A stretch of 64,000 nt of DNA from Candidatus Poribacteria bacterium (GTDB lineage: Bacteria > Poribacteria > WGA-4E > UBA9662), in contig JAYZAL010000088.1 in assembly GCA_036339735.1 (NCBI GenBank), positions 56,286 to 120,285 on the forward strand, given 5' to 3'. Both the position numbers and the translations under genes were made by a program. Below the pieces are notes generated by a model. It ran no database searches. It saw only the letters and a program-made list of their open reading frames with translations, and was not told where the DNA came from. Of the stretch, positions 19,162-28,390 are shown in pieces. Numbering within the stretch: the stretch's first letter is position 1; each line of letters opens with the position of its first letter.

Positions 19162-20241
19162 TTAACATAATCCGAGTTCGCGTCTGACAACATCTACACC
19201 AGCTACCATATTAGTTAACTTTTTCCTCGCAGCCCAACGTGCTGTTTGGCTTAATCCACAATCAGGAGCAAAAGACAATTTTTCCGCTGGTGCATAAGCC
19301 AAGCATCTACGTACTCGGTCAGCAATGTCTGATACGGTTTCTATATAGTAGCTTTTTACATCGATAATACCGACAGCTACATCTTTTACCTTGGCTATTG
19401 AACTAATAATATCCAGCTCAGAAAATTCACGGCTAGCCATTTCCAAGTGTATTTCATTTACATCCATTTCTAGAAAATGAGGGAACATTGGCTTATATTG
19501 GCGCAATCCAACAGCCCTTCCCTTATAGTTTCCAAAACAAAGATGAATCGAGAGTCTAACCTTCCCAGAAACAGGTGCTACTGTTCGGTTGAAAATATCA
19601 ACCAACCGAATTGGATCCTCTCGGTGTGCGTAACAACTCATAGATGGCTCGTCAACGGTAAGTTCTTGACAGCCGGCATTCACTAAATTTACTATCTCTT
19701 GTTGGACAATAGGTATGAGTGCTTCAGTGATGGCGTACCGATCGATATAGTCTGAGTTTGGTAATAATCGACCACTCAGCGTATATGGACCTGGTACGGA
19801 GGCCTTAAGAATGGGTGTAGTATCTAGATGTGCAACTGACTGTTTCAGTTTTTTGAAATCAGATAAGGTTCCAAGACCTTTGGGTGCTGATAGCTGACCG
19901 ACAATTTGATGTTTACCTCTTTGGTCGTGAGCAGGAGGTCCAAAAAGGCGGGATGTAGTCGACTCCATTTTAATGCCTTGTAGAAAACCATAAAATGAGA
20001 GATTAAAATCTAGTCGACTCTGCTCACCATCTGTGATCATATCTAAACCGGCTCTCAATTGATCTTGAACTACGGTTGTAACCGCATCACTTTGCAATTC
20101 AGCTAAATCTTCTGAGCCAAACTGATCTAGGTTTTGTGCTGAAAACTCTAACCATCCTGGCAATGGGTAGCTACCAATAACGGTAGTTTGCAAGGGTTTT
20201 CGTGGAAATTGATTAATGTCATATTTTTTCATTTTGCTCAA
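19162..20241 (-). CDS. cobalamin-independent methionine synthase II family protein (MetE C-terminal-like, short form)
   Basis: 359 aa. VIGSYP..GWL N-terminal motif, IHLCFGNY zinc-ligand region and CGL near the C-terminus, typical of the Meth_synt_2 family. Confidence 0.75.
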   Translation of the reverse strand: MSKMKKYDINQFPRKPLQTTVIGSYPLPGWLEFSAQNLDQFGSEDLAELQSDAVTTVVQDQLRAGLDMITDGEQSRLDFNLSFYGFLQGIKMESTTSRLFGPPAHDQRGKHQIVGQLSAPKGLGTLSDFKKLKQSVAHLDTTPILKASVPGPYTLSGRLLPNSDYIDRYAITEALIPIVQQEIVNLVNAGCQELTVDEPSMSCYAHREDPIRLVDIFNRTVAPVSGKVRLSIHLCFGNYKGRAVGLRQYKPMFPHFLEMDVNEIHLEMASREFSELDIISSIAKVKDVAVGIIDVKSYYIETVSDIADRVRRCLAYAPAEKLSFAPDCGLSQTARWAARKKLTNMVAGVDVVRRELGLC

Positions 20242-20254
20242 TCAAGACTAATTT

Positions 20255-20812
20255 TTAGGTGTTTTCCCAAGGTGATGGCAAGGCCGCGGTTAACGTAAAA
20301 GTTGATTTTGCTAGTTCATCTAATCTTTCGTTGATCTTCTCTGACTGTACAAACATTTGTGGCGTCCGGTCATTACCAAAATCATCCCCAGTAGCGTAAA
20401 CAAATCGAGGATTAATTAAGCAACGAAAATCAAGCATCAGACTATTAGCAATACTCATTACCGACATATAACTAGAATGACCACCTGCAGCACAGGCGAA
20501 CCCAACAACTTTTTGACTCCACCTGCGGCCAGTTAATTCGATCATATTCTTGGCAGCAGAGTTAATGTCGTAGTTATAAATTGGTACAGTTAAGATAATT
20601 GCCCGAGCTTGTTCGATACTTTCTTGCAGAAACTGCACATGTGGATTTTCAGATGCACCGCTTGTGCCGCATAGTGGGGCTGGGTGTTTCCGTAGATCAA
20701 CCAAAGGTGACTCTGCTCCCAAATGGGATAGTTTTTCACTTAATTCTTTAGCTAGCACATAAGACCGACTTTGCGGATGAAGCGAACAACTAATAATAGT
20801 AATATTCATCAC
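20255..20812 (-). CDS. NAD(P)H-dependent FMN reductase (flavodoxin-like fold)
   Basis: 185 aa. N-terminal ITIISCSLHPQSRS flavodoxin-like phosphate-binding loop and PIYNYDI motif. Confidence 0.7.
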   Translation of the reverse strand: MMNITIISCSLHPQSRSYVLAKELSEKLSHLGAESPLVDLRKHPAPLCGTSGASENPHVQFLQESIEQARAIILTVPIYNYDINSAAKNMIELTGRRWSQKVVGFACAAGGHSSYMSVMSIANSLMLDFRCLINPRFVYATGDDFGNDRTPQMFVQSEKINERLDELAKSTFTLTAALPSPWENT

Positions 20813-20835
20813 TCTATGATACTCTTAATTTTTTT

Positions 20836-22671
20836 CTAATTGAATATTTGGTTAAGTTCTGGATGATTCTCCACTATTTGATCAACTCTTTGGTTAACTG
20901 ATTTTGATTCTATAAGTGGAGGTGCATTGTGGGGCTTGAAACGAGCATCAATCACTAATGGCCCTTTCGTTCCCCAGTGCTTATCTATTATGAATGAACT
21001 GGCGCCATAAATATCGGTAGCAGGATTAGAACGTGTGAATGTCAGCCACAGAAAATTTGACCAATCATCTACACAAAATTCTATATCATCTACAAGTACG
21101 ACTAATGGAAGACTAGACCATCGACGTGGTTCAATAGCAGAACATAGACTCTCAACTTGACCTTTTGCTATTTCATAATTTTCAGTAAATCTTGGTGCTC
21201 CCACAGCACATATGCCAGGTATAACGATCTTTGAATGATTAAAAGGTGAAGCTAACTGTTGTGGGATTTCAGTTGCTAAGTCCCTAATTTTTGAGCCGGC
21301 CGCAGCAATCACGACCTTAGAGCCGAGATTTAGCTCAGGGGTAGAGTAATCTAAGGTATCTATAGTCGTTTGGGTTTGAAAGTGAAGATCTCGACTCAAA
21401 TCAACTCGCTCTAATAAATGAACAAAAAAAGATTGGGTACATTGCGTTGACAGGTCAGAATTATCTTCTTGGGCTACGATAAACAAATACTTAGCTAGGC
21501 TACATTGATTGAATCCTAAAATTGCGTTAGCTTGGGTCAATAGTTCCATTGGTAATCGTTGTTGATAAGGCACATACCGCTCACTACCAATGGCGAGTAG
21601 CAATGGATGTACCCCTGCTTCATCAACAGCGTTTAGTTCTTTTACACCGGGTATTTCAACTGGTACCATAGGTTTGGTAATTTCGTGTATTAAATGACCA
21701 AAAGTGCTGTCTTCTTGTGGTGGACGACCAACGACGGTAAACGGCCAAATAGCATTTGGCCGATGGAAAACCTTTTCGACCTTCATATAAGGAAATTCGT
21801 GAGTTAGGCTATAATAACCCAGATGATCTCCAAAGGGGCCTTCTGGTTTGGTTTTTTGGGGATCAATCGTTCCAACCAGACAGAAGTCAGCGTCAGCTAA
21901 AATCGGGTACTCGTTCCAACGAGTATAACGTACATTACGATCAGCCATCATACCAGCAAAGACAATTTCAGATAAGCCTTCTGGTAAGGGCATTACGGCA
22001 GCCAAAGTGTGGGCAGGGGGGCCACCAACAAAAATACATACTTTCAAAGGTTGCTTTTTCTTGATGGCTTTGGCGTGATGTATACCAATACCTCTATGAA
22101 TCTGGTAGTGAAGCCCAACTTCTTCATTGTATCGGTAGTCATTACCCGACAGCTGTACCCGATACATACCTAGATTTGTATTAAATAAACCTCCCTTTTC
22201 TGGATCTTCGGTCAAAACCTGAGGCAAGGTGATGAAAGCACCGCCATCCATTGGCCAACTAATAATTTGTGGGAGTTGGGATACCGTTGTCTGGCTGGCC
22301 AATACTGGGGCTAAACGAGTCGGTATCGGTAAGGATCGTAAACCTGCGGTAGATAACGGAAACAGATTCTTCAGATCGGAAAAAACACTCGCCGGTCTGG
22401 CTTTGAATCGGACCGCAGTTTTTACTGGAGAAAGGCTCTTTCTAAAAATGTATCGGCTGCGTTCGATCGTACCAAACAAGTTGGATGTAGCACGGAACGG
22501 TGTACCAATCACTTTCTCAAAAAAGAGCGCAGGTCCACCAACTTTGTAAACTCGACGGGTGAGTTCAGCCATCTCTAGATTGGGGGAGATTGGTTCTGTT
22601 ACCCGAATCAATTGGTTTGTTTTATCTAAATCTCGGATGCAGTCTTCGGTACATCGATAGGCTTTGGTCAC
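20836..22671 (-). CDS. UbiD-family (prFMN-dependent) decarboxylase with C-terminal extension
   Basis: 611 aa. The N-terminal region matches 3-octaprenyl-4-hydroxybenzoate carboxy-lyase-family proteins (GGPALFFEKV, WPMDGGAFITLP, FGDHLGYYS). Confidence 0.75.
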   Translation of the reverse strand: MTKAYRCTEDCIRDLDKTNQLIRVTEPISPNLEMAELTRRVYKVGGPALFFEKVIGTPFRATSNLFGTIERSRYIFRKSLSPVKTAVRFKARPASVFSDLKNLFPLSTAGLRSLPIPTRLAPVLASQTTVSQLPQIISWPMDGGAFITLPQVLTEDPEKGGLFNTNLGMYRVQLSGNDYRYNEEVGLHYQIHRGIGIHHAKAIKKKQPLKVCIFVGGPPAHTLAAVMPLPEGLSEIVFAGMMADRNVRYTRWNEYPILADADFCLVGTIDPQKTKPEGPFGDHLGYYSLTHEFPYMKVEKVFHRPNAIWPFTVVGRPPQEDSTFGHLIHEITKPMVPVEIPGVKELNAVDEAGVHPLLLAIGSERYVPYQQRLPMELLTQANAILGFNQCSLAKYLFIVAQEDNSDLSTQCTQSFFVHLLERVDLSRDLHFQTQTTIDTLDYSTPELNLGSKVVIAAAGSKIRDLATEIPQQLASPFNHSKIVIPGICAVGAPRFTENYEIAKGQVESLCSAIEPRRWSSLPLVVLVDDIEFCVDDWSNFLWLTFTRSNPATDIYGASSFIIDKHWGTKGPLVIDARFKPHNAPPLIESKSVNQRVDQIVENHPELNQIFN

Positions 22672-22695
22672 TCTTCTGGGTCGTTCAACTTGTTG

Positions 22696-22974
22696 CTAAC
22701 AACCCCCTCCCATAGCCGGCAAAAAATGTACTTCTGAGTTAGGTCCGATAGTTGATCGCATACCTCTGTCGATCAACACACCATCAACATAGACACCAAT
22801 ATAAGGGCTAATACGTTCAATACCATCATCGTGGTGGCATAGCCGATCTTTCACACCAGGGAACTCCGCTTCCATATTGTCCAATAATTCTCGTATCGTT
22901 GTTCCCGTAATTTCAACTTGACTTTTTTCGTTAGTCAAATCACGCATCAAGGAAGGAATAGAAACAATGGCCAA
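22696..22974 (-). CDS. MoaD/ThiS-family ubiquitin-like sulfur-carrier protein
   Basis: 92 aa beta-grasp-like sequence ending ...FLPAMGGGC. The glycine-rich C-terminus is typical of the family, with one extra Cys after the Gly run. Confidence 0.55.
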   Translation of the reverse strand: MAIVSIPSLMRDLTNEKSQVEITGTTIRELLDNMEAEFPGVKDRLCHHDDGIERISPYIGVYVDGVLIDRGMRSTIGPNSEVHFLPAMGGGC

Positions 22975-23058
22975 AACTTAACCCATAGTTGAAGTGTTCG
23001 GATAATTTTCCCAATCTATAAACCAAAGGTAATCAATAATCGCAATAGAGAGGGGTCT

Positions 23059-25299
23059 CTAAATTTTATCTAGAGCTTTAAGAACTACACCCGGGTTCAT
23101 CGGCAAATCAGTCATTCGAACACCAATGGCGCGCGAAACTGCATTGGCAATAGCTGCTAAGGGGGGTACCAATGGTACTTCACCAACGCCACGCACTCCA
23201 AATGGATGACCAGGGTTCGGTACTTCGACCAAAACAGTATCAATCATCGGAGTATCGTAGCAAGTCGGCATCCGATAGTCAAGAAAGCTAGAGTTTTTCA
23301 TTTCTCCATTTTCACCAAAAACGTACTCTTCACTCAAAGCCCAACCAATTCCTTGTACCACTCCACCCTGCATCTGTCCTTCGACGTAACTAGGGTGGAT
23401 AGCAGTCCCAACGTCTTGCACGGCCGTATAGCGTAAAATTTCAACTTTTCCTGTTTCTTCATCAACTTCTACGTCCACAATATGTGTACCGAAACCACCA
23501 CCAGCTCCACCAGTAGATTCAGTAACAGAACCAACAACCGGAGCACATATTTTTGCCGCTTCCTTGAAATCACAGCTCTTATTACTGCTCGAGAAGACCC
23601 CATCTGCGAATTCTACTTGATCCGCTTCCCAATGATCTGCCATTTGATCTATCATCTGGGCAATAACATCTTCTGCTGCTCGGATTGCGACTAAACCTGT
23701 AGCATGAGTAGTTCGACTGCCTCCAGTCACACCAGTCTCTCCGATAGTATTAGTATCAACTACTGCTGGTCGCACATCTTCCGACGCAATTCCTAAAACC
23801 TCCGCGGCTTGCATCGCAATTGAGGCACGAGAACCACCGATATCCGTCGACCCCTCGAGTAGCATAATGGTCCCATCTCCATTAACGGTTAGATTAACGC
23901 TTGACCGACCTGCCCCATTTCCCCAATACCCAGACGCAATACCGCGACCTTGTCGCTTAAGAATATCAATCTCACTTTGGTAGTGTTTGTGTTTTTGTGC
24001 TGCTGAAACAGTTTCTAGGTAACCTATTTTTCCGTGAATGGGTCCAGTCGGTCGACGGTCACCTTCTTTAGCTCCATTGAATAGACGAAATTCTAGAGGG
24101 TCAATCTCTAATTTTTGACAAATTTCGTCTATTACACACTCTGCAGCAAATGATCCATTTGGGGCACCAGGAGCTCGATAAGCCGATGAACGTGGTTTGT
24201 TAACGACAACATCAAATCCATCTATCCTTAAGTTGGGTATCTTATAAGCTGTAAACATACAGTTAGCACCAGCTCCAACAGCAGATCCTGGGTAGGCACC
24301 AGCTTCGTAGAATAGGTCAGCCTCAGCTGCGGTAATACGTCCATCTTTTGTTGCTCCGATCTTGACTCGAATCAAAGTCGCAGGAGCTGGCCCAGTCCCT
24401 TCAAATACTTCTTCCCGACTCATGGTGATTTTGACCGGAAATCCAGTTCTAATAGAGATCAGCGCTGCTAGTGGGCTAACATAAACACGTATTTTACCAC
24501 CGAATCCTCCACCAATCTCTAGTGGAACTACCTTGATTTTACTAGCAGGATGTCGCAGAATTTCAGCCACTTGATCACGGACAGCAAATGCCCCCTGCGT
24601 ACTAGTCCAAACTGTCAATTCTCCATCAGGATTATATTTTGCCGTTGCCGTATGGGGTTCAATATATCCTTGATGTACGGTTTGAGTTGTAAATGTTCTT
24701 TCAACAATTACCCCATTAGTCTCGGCCTGTGAGAAACCTAGACTCAAGTCGCCATTTTCGTGTCGAAAATGAGAGGCAATGTTGGTAGGTGTTTCTGTTT
24801 TCTCACCAAGTGTGTTTGTTGTCAAAGACTGGTGAAGTACTACTGCATCTGGGGCAATTGCTTCTTCTACGGAAGTTACCGATGCAAGTATTTCATATTC
24901 AACGTCAATTAGATCAACCGCTTCTTGGGCTGTGTGAATATCAGTAGCTGCAACGACTGCAATCGGCTGTCCCTTATAAAAAACTTTTTCACTAGCCAAC
25001 ACATTGTCGCTCAGGAAACGCATATTTTCTGGTATCTCACCAAATTCTGCGATTCTTTCTTCCACAATAGGTAAGTCACTACCAGTGATAATATCCTTAA
25101 CTCCTGGATATTCCAGAGCCTGACTAACATCTAGAGAAATTATCTTGGCATGTGCGTGAGGGCTACGTAGGACTTTTCCATATAACATATCCGGAAAATT
25201 CAGATCGGCTCCATACTTTGCCCTACCAGTTACTTTGTCTACCCCATCATGACGAATAGGTCGACTACCAATAACTTTGTAACCATTTCCATTTTTCAT
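23059..25299 (-). CDS. xanthine dehydrogenase/CO dehydrogenase-family molybdopterin-binding large subunit (CoxL-like)
   Basis: 746 aa. Ald_Xan_dh_C/C2 hallmarks (GGGFGGK, the SAYRAPGAP active-site loop in the AYRGAGR position of form II CoxL, and the GHPFGVRGVGE C-terminus). Confidence 0.9.
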   Translation of the reverse strand: MKNGNGYKVIGSRPIRHDGVDKVTGRAKYGADLNFPDMLYGKVLRSPHAHAKIISLDVSQALEYPGVKDIITGSDLPIVEERIAEFGEIPENMRFLSDNVLASEKVFYKGQPIAVVAATDIHTAQEAVDLIDVEYEILASVTSVEEAIAPDAVVLHQSLTTNTLGEKTETPTNIASHFRHENGDLSLGFSQAETNGVIVERTFTTQTVHQGYIEPHTATAKYNPDGELTVWTSTQGAFAVRDQVAEILRHPASKIKVVPLEIGGGFGGKIRVYVSPLAALISIRTGFPVKITMSREEVFEGTGPAPATLIRVKIGATKDGRITAAEADLFYEAGAYPGSAVGAGANCMFTAYKIPNLRIDGFDVVVNKPRSSAYRAPGAPNGSFAAECVIDEICQKLEIDPLEFRLFNGAKEGDRRPTGPIHGKIGYLETVSAAQKHKHYQSEIDILKRQGRGIASGYWGNGAGRSSVNLTVNGDGTIMLLEGSTDIGGSRASIAMQAAEVLGIASEDVRPAVVDTNTIGETGVTGGSRTTHATGLVAIRAAEDVIAQMIDQMADHWEADQVEFADGVFSSSNKSCDFKEAAKICAPVVGSVTESTGGAGGGFGTHIVDVEVDEETGKVEILRYTAVQDVGTAIHPSYVEGQMQGGVVQGIGWALSEEYVFGENGEMKNSSFLDYRMPTCYDTPMIDTVLVEVPNPGHPFGVRGVGEVPLVPPLAAIANAVSRAIGVRMTDLPMNPGVVLKALDKI

Positions 25300-25781
25300 T
25301 ATAGGTCGTCCTCTCCGTTATCTGCAGCATCCAAGACAGCACGCACAATCTTGTCATATCCGGTGCAACGACAGAGGTTTCCAGCCAACCAGAACCGAAC
25401 TTCCTTCTCAGTTGGATTGGGGTTACTCTCAAGTAAAGCTTTTGCATTCATAATGAACCCTGGTGTACAAATACCGCATTGCAAGGCGGCATGCTCCAAG
25501 AATTTTTGCTGCAGTGGGTGTAACCCTTCAGGTGAAGCAACACCTTCGATAGTTTCGATTTTATTTCCCTCGGCCTCTACACCTAACATACAACATGAGT
25601 TAACAGGTCGACCTTCGACCATTATGGTGCACGCACCACAGTTCCCATTGTTACATCCTTCTTTAGCACCTGTTAAATCAAGATCGTCTCGAAGAACTTC
25701 GAGCATACTCTGTCGGGGCTCGCATAAAAACTCAACACTGTCACCGTTAATTTGCGTCTGTACATGAACTTTTCTTGACAT
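25299..25781 (-). CDS. (2Fe-2S)-binding small subunit of molybdenum hydroxylase (CoxS-like)
   Basis: 160 aa. Two [2Fe-2S] cysteine clusters: CNNGNCGAC (plant-ferredoxin type) and CGICTPG...CRC. Confidence 0.9.
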   Translation of the reverse strand: MSRKVHVQTQINGDSVEFLCEPRQSMLEVLRDDLDLTGAKEGCNNGNCGACTIMVEGRPVNSCCMLGVEAEGNKIETIEGVASPEGLHPLQQKFLEHAALQCGICTPGFIMNAKALLESNPNPTEKEVRFWLAGNLCRCTGYDKIVRAVLDAADNGEDDL

Positions 25782-26653
25782 TAAGCAGTCTCCTTAATTC
25801 GGCTGATGGCACCATTCAACGCCCGCTTAGTCAATACACCAACCAAATGTTTCCTCTGTTCTGCACTACCTCTCATATCGCTAATTGGACGAGCGACGTC
25901 TTGTGCTGCAGAACATGCTGTTTGAATCGATTCCTCGCTAACCGGTTGTCCAGCTAATATGCTACCAGCTTCCTCCGCAAAGAGTGGCGTCGCAGCAACT
26001 GCTCCGAGAGCAATACGTGCTGAAACGAAGGTTCTGTGATCGGAGGTCAACTCTACCGAGGCTCCTACACCAACTACAGCAATATCCATTTCATTACGAG
26101 GAATAAAGCGAAGGTAGAAACTACTAGAGTTGTCAGCTGGTTTAGGTAAAACTAACTTGACCAATAGTTCATTACTAGATAGTGCCGTCTGTCCAGGCCC
26201 AGTACAGAATTCTTCCACTGCGACTTTTCGATCTCCGTTTGGTCCTTGAATAACACAGCTCGCTCCAAGTGCAATCAGTGCTGGGATAGAATCTGCAGCC
26301 GGCGACGCATTACACAAGTTGCCTCCAATGCTGGCCCGACTTTGAATTTGCACTCCACCGATGATACTCGTGGAATCAACTAGAGCTGGAAATAATCTTT
26401 GCACATCCTCATTGCCATAAACTTGATAGCAAGGAACGGAAGCCCCGATCTGCAAATCCCCATTGTAAGAAATCTCGTTGAATTCGGGAATTTTTTTGAT
26501 ATCGACTAATAAGTCAACTTGGCGACGGTTTTCTCGAACCTGAACAATCAGGTCTGTTCCACCACTCAAAATTCGAGCTTGATCTCCGTGCTTATCTAAG
26601 AGGCCTATGGCTTCCCCCAAACTTTCGGCTGCCACATATTCGAATGCTTGCAA
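25781..26653 (-). CDS. FAD-binding medium subunit of molybdenum hydroxylase (CoxM-like)
   Basis: 290 aa. ILSGGTDL FAD-binding motif and GGNLCNASP motif of FAD_binding_5/CO_deh_flav_C. Start and stop codons abut the neighbours, giving M-S-L order. Confidence 0.85.
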   Translation of the reverse strand: MQAFEYVAAESLGEAIGLLDKHGDQARILSGGTDLIVQVRENRRQVDLLVDIKKIPEFNEISYNGDLQIGASVPCYQVYGNEDVQRLFPALVDSTSIIGGVQIQSRASIGGNLCNASPAADSIPALIALGASCVIQGPNGDRKVAVEEFCTGPGQTALSSNELLVKLVLPKPADNSSSFYLRFIPRNEMDIAVVGVGASVELTSDHRTFVSARIALGAVAATPLFAEEAGSILAGQPVSEESIQTACSAAQDVARPISDMRGSAEQRKHLVGVLTKRALNGAISRIKETA

Positions 26654-26834
26654 ATCGAACTCCTTTAATCTGTTTCAGTTATGTACCCAAATCTATAACA
26701 CACTAAACTAATTAAGGTCGTTTAAGACCCAGAGAGACTATCATCATTCTCTCACATCAAGGTTTATCAAATCGAAAAGAGCGTGCAAGACACACACCTC
26801 TGATTTTCGATTGTATCTGATACCCAAATAAATG

Positions 26835-27347
26835 TCAACGGCTAAAGCCACCAAGCAATAGGTCAATATAGGACTCGCCGACGGGGATTATAGAACAAAT
26901 TTTTAATCGTTGTTTTATCTGATTATGCTCATTTGTAGCTGTTTGGATTGAATGATGTTGTATCACTGTTTCAAGCTCGATGAACTGCCCCAAATCTTTA
27001 ACAAAGTCAAGATGAATGCGAGTATTGTCAAGAAGCCAGAGATATCGTTTCTTTACTACTACTCCTCTTACGCCTAGGGTTTTCTTCAAGATTTGTTTAA
27101 GAATTGAGGGGTTCGAGACAGGCATTACTTGATAATTACTAAGCCGGGAAGATTGGTCGTTAGCTCTATGGTAACCTATCAATTCCGAGCAATCATCCAT
27201 TTGCCGTAACTTCAAACGGCCAGAAGAAACTCGGAAATATGTGTCAATTTGGTGTAACTCGGATTCGAATCGAGCTGACATCTTCTCTAATTCGTTAATG
27301 CAACCTTCATAGTCGTTAAGGGGGACTTTCAGCTCCAGGTTTTTCAC
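26835..27347 (-). CDS. CYTH-domain protein (class IV adenylyl cyclase / triphosphate tunnel metalloenzyme-like)
   Basis: 170 aa. N-terminal NLELKVPL (ExK-like) and alternating charged beta-strands typical of the CYTH/CyaB fold. Confidence 0.55.
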   Translation of the reverse strand: MKNLELKVPLNDYEGCINELEKMSARFESELHQIDTYFRVSSGRLKLRQMDDCSELIGYHRANDQSSRLSNYQVMPVSNPSILKQILKKTLGVRGVVVKKRYLWLLDNTRIHLDFVKDLGQFIELETVIQHHSIQTATNEHNQIKQRLKICSIIPVGESYIDLLLGGFSR

Positions 27348-27360
27348 AGCTCGTTCCCTC

Positions 27361-28224
27361 TTACTTCACTCTCAATTTCCCTTCAAGGTCATCGATAAAC
27401 TGGCGAGCAATTCGCCCAGAACGATCACTAGAACTCGCTTCCCACTGTAACGCTAATCGCTGCACATCTGATTCCTCTATATCCAGATTCCGTTTTTTAG
27501 CGTAGTAATTGACAATTTTAAGGTACATTGGACGGGAAATACGCGTGAAGGCTAAACGCAAACCGAAACGATCACTCAACGACACTTTCTCTTCAGTTGA
27601 TTCTCGTGGGTAAAGCTCATCTTCTTGACTAATTGGATACTTGTTATCATTGACTTGGCGAGGCATCAAATGTCTCCGATTCGATGTTGCATATACCAAC
27701 ACATTTTCAGGTAGAGCTGAAACACCACCTTCCAACATAGCTTTTAATTCACGGTAGGTAGAATCCTCATTACTGAAGGACAAGTCATCACAAAACAGGA
27801 TATACTTTTCTGGTCGACTCCAAACTGCTTCAACAATCTCTGGCAGGAATAGTAACCCTTGTTTACTTACCTCAATCATACGCAGTGCGTCTTTCGAGTA
27901 ACGCGTCAATAACCCTTTCACTAAGGATGATTTTCCTGTCCCACGATCACCCCATAGCAAAACATGATTAGCTGGTAGATTCTGTAAAAACTGTCGTGTA
28001 TTTCGATCTAATTGCTGAATTTGTCGATCAATTCCAATTAAATCTGAAATATCAGTTAAGTCTGGGTGTAAAACTGCTGTCAGTTGTTTGTGCTGATGAT
28101 GCCATCGAAAGGCTAAATGTTGATCAAAGTCAGGTAATTGATCAATAGAAGTAGATTGTTGAATGAATTCATCTAGGTGATGTATCAGTCGCTCAAGTTG
28201 ATTGATAAGAATGTTTAGGCTCAT
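27361..28224 (-). CDS. DUF815-family P-loop ATPase
   Basis: 287 aa. Walker A LWGDRGTGKSSLVK and Walker B-like ILFCDDLSF in the DUF815 layout. Confidence 0.6.
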   Translation of the reverse strand: MSLNILINQLERLIHHLDEFIQQSTSIDQLPDFDQHLAFRWHHQHKQLTAVLHPDLTDISDLIGIDRQIQQLDRNTRQFLQNLPANHVLLWGDRGTGKSSLVKGLLTRYSKDALRMIEVSKQGLLFLPEIVEAVWSRPEKYILFCDDLSFSNEDSTYRELKAMLEGGVSALPENVLVYATSNRRHLMPRQVNDNKYPISQEDELYPRESTEEKVSLSDRFGLRLAFTRISRPMYLKIVNYYAKKRNLDIEESDVQRLALQWEASSSDRSGRIARQFIDDLEGKLRVK

Positions 28225-28390
28225 TGATAACTGAAGTATTAGATTGATTAATTATATTTTATTGGATTAGTGCTACATACCCAAAGTGGGCTCAACAAAG
28301 TGAAGACACGGTCTCCTACAATCATGAAAGCGTGTAGTTAATTTTCTTCGTACTACATTCTTTTTATTGAATTAGTTTGGAAACTGGTTA

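Noticed and set aside
21756-22549. Two plus-strand ORFs (102 and 106 aa) inside the UbiD-family gene
   Set aside because: They are antisense shadow ORFs. The UbiD frame is continuous and motif-supported.
25249-25767. 172-aa plus-strand ORF spanning the 2Fe-2S subunit gene
   Set aside because: It is antisense to a gene whose cysteine-cluster motifs confirm the minus-strand frame, and its translation is low-complexity S/T/P-rich.
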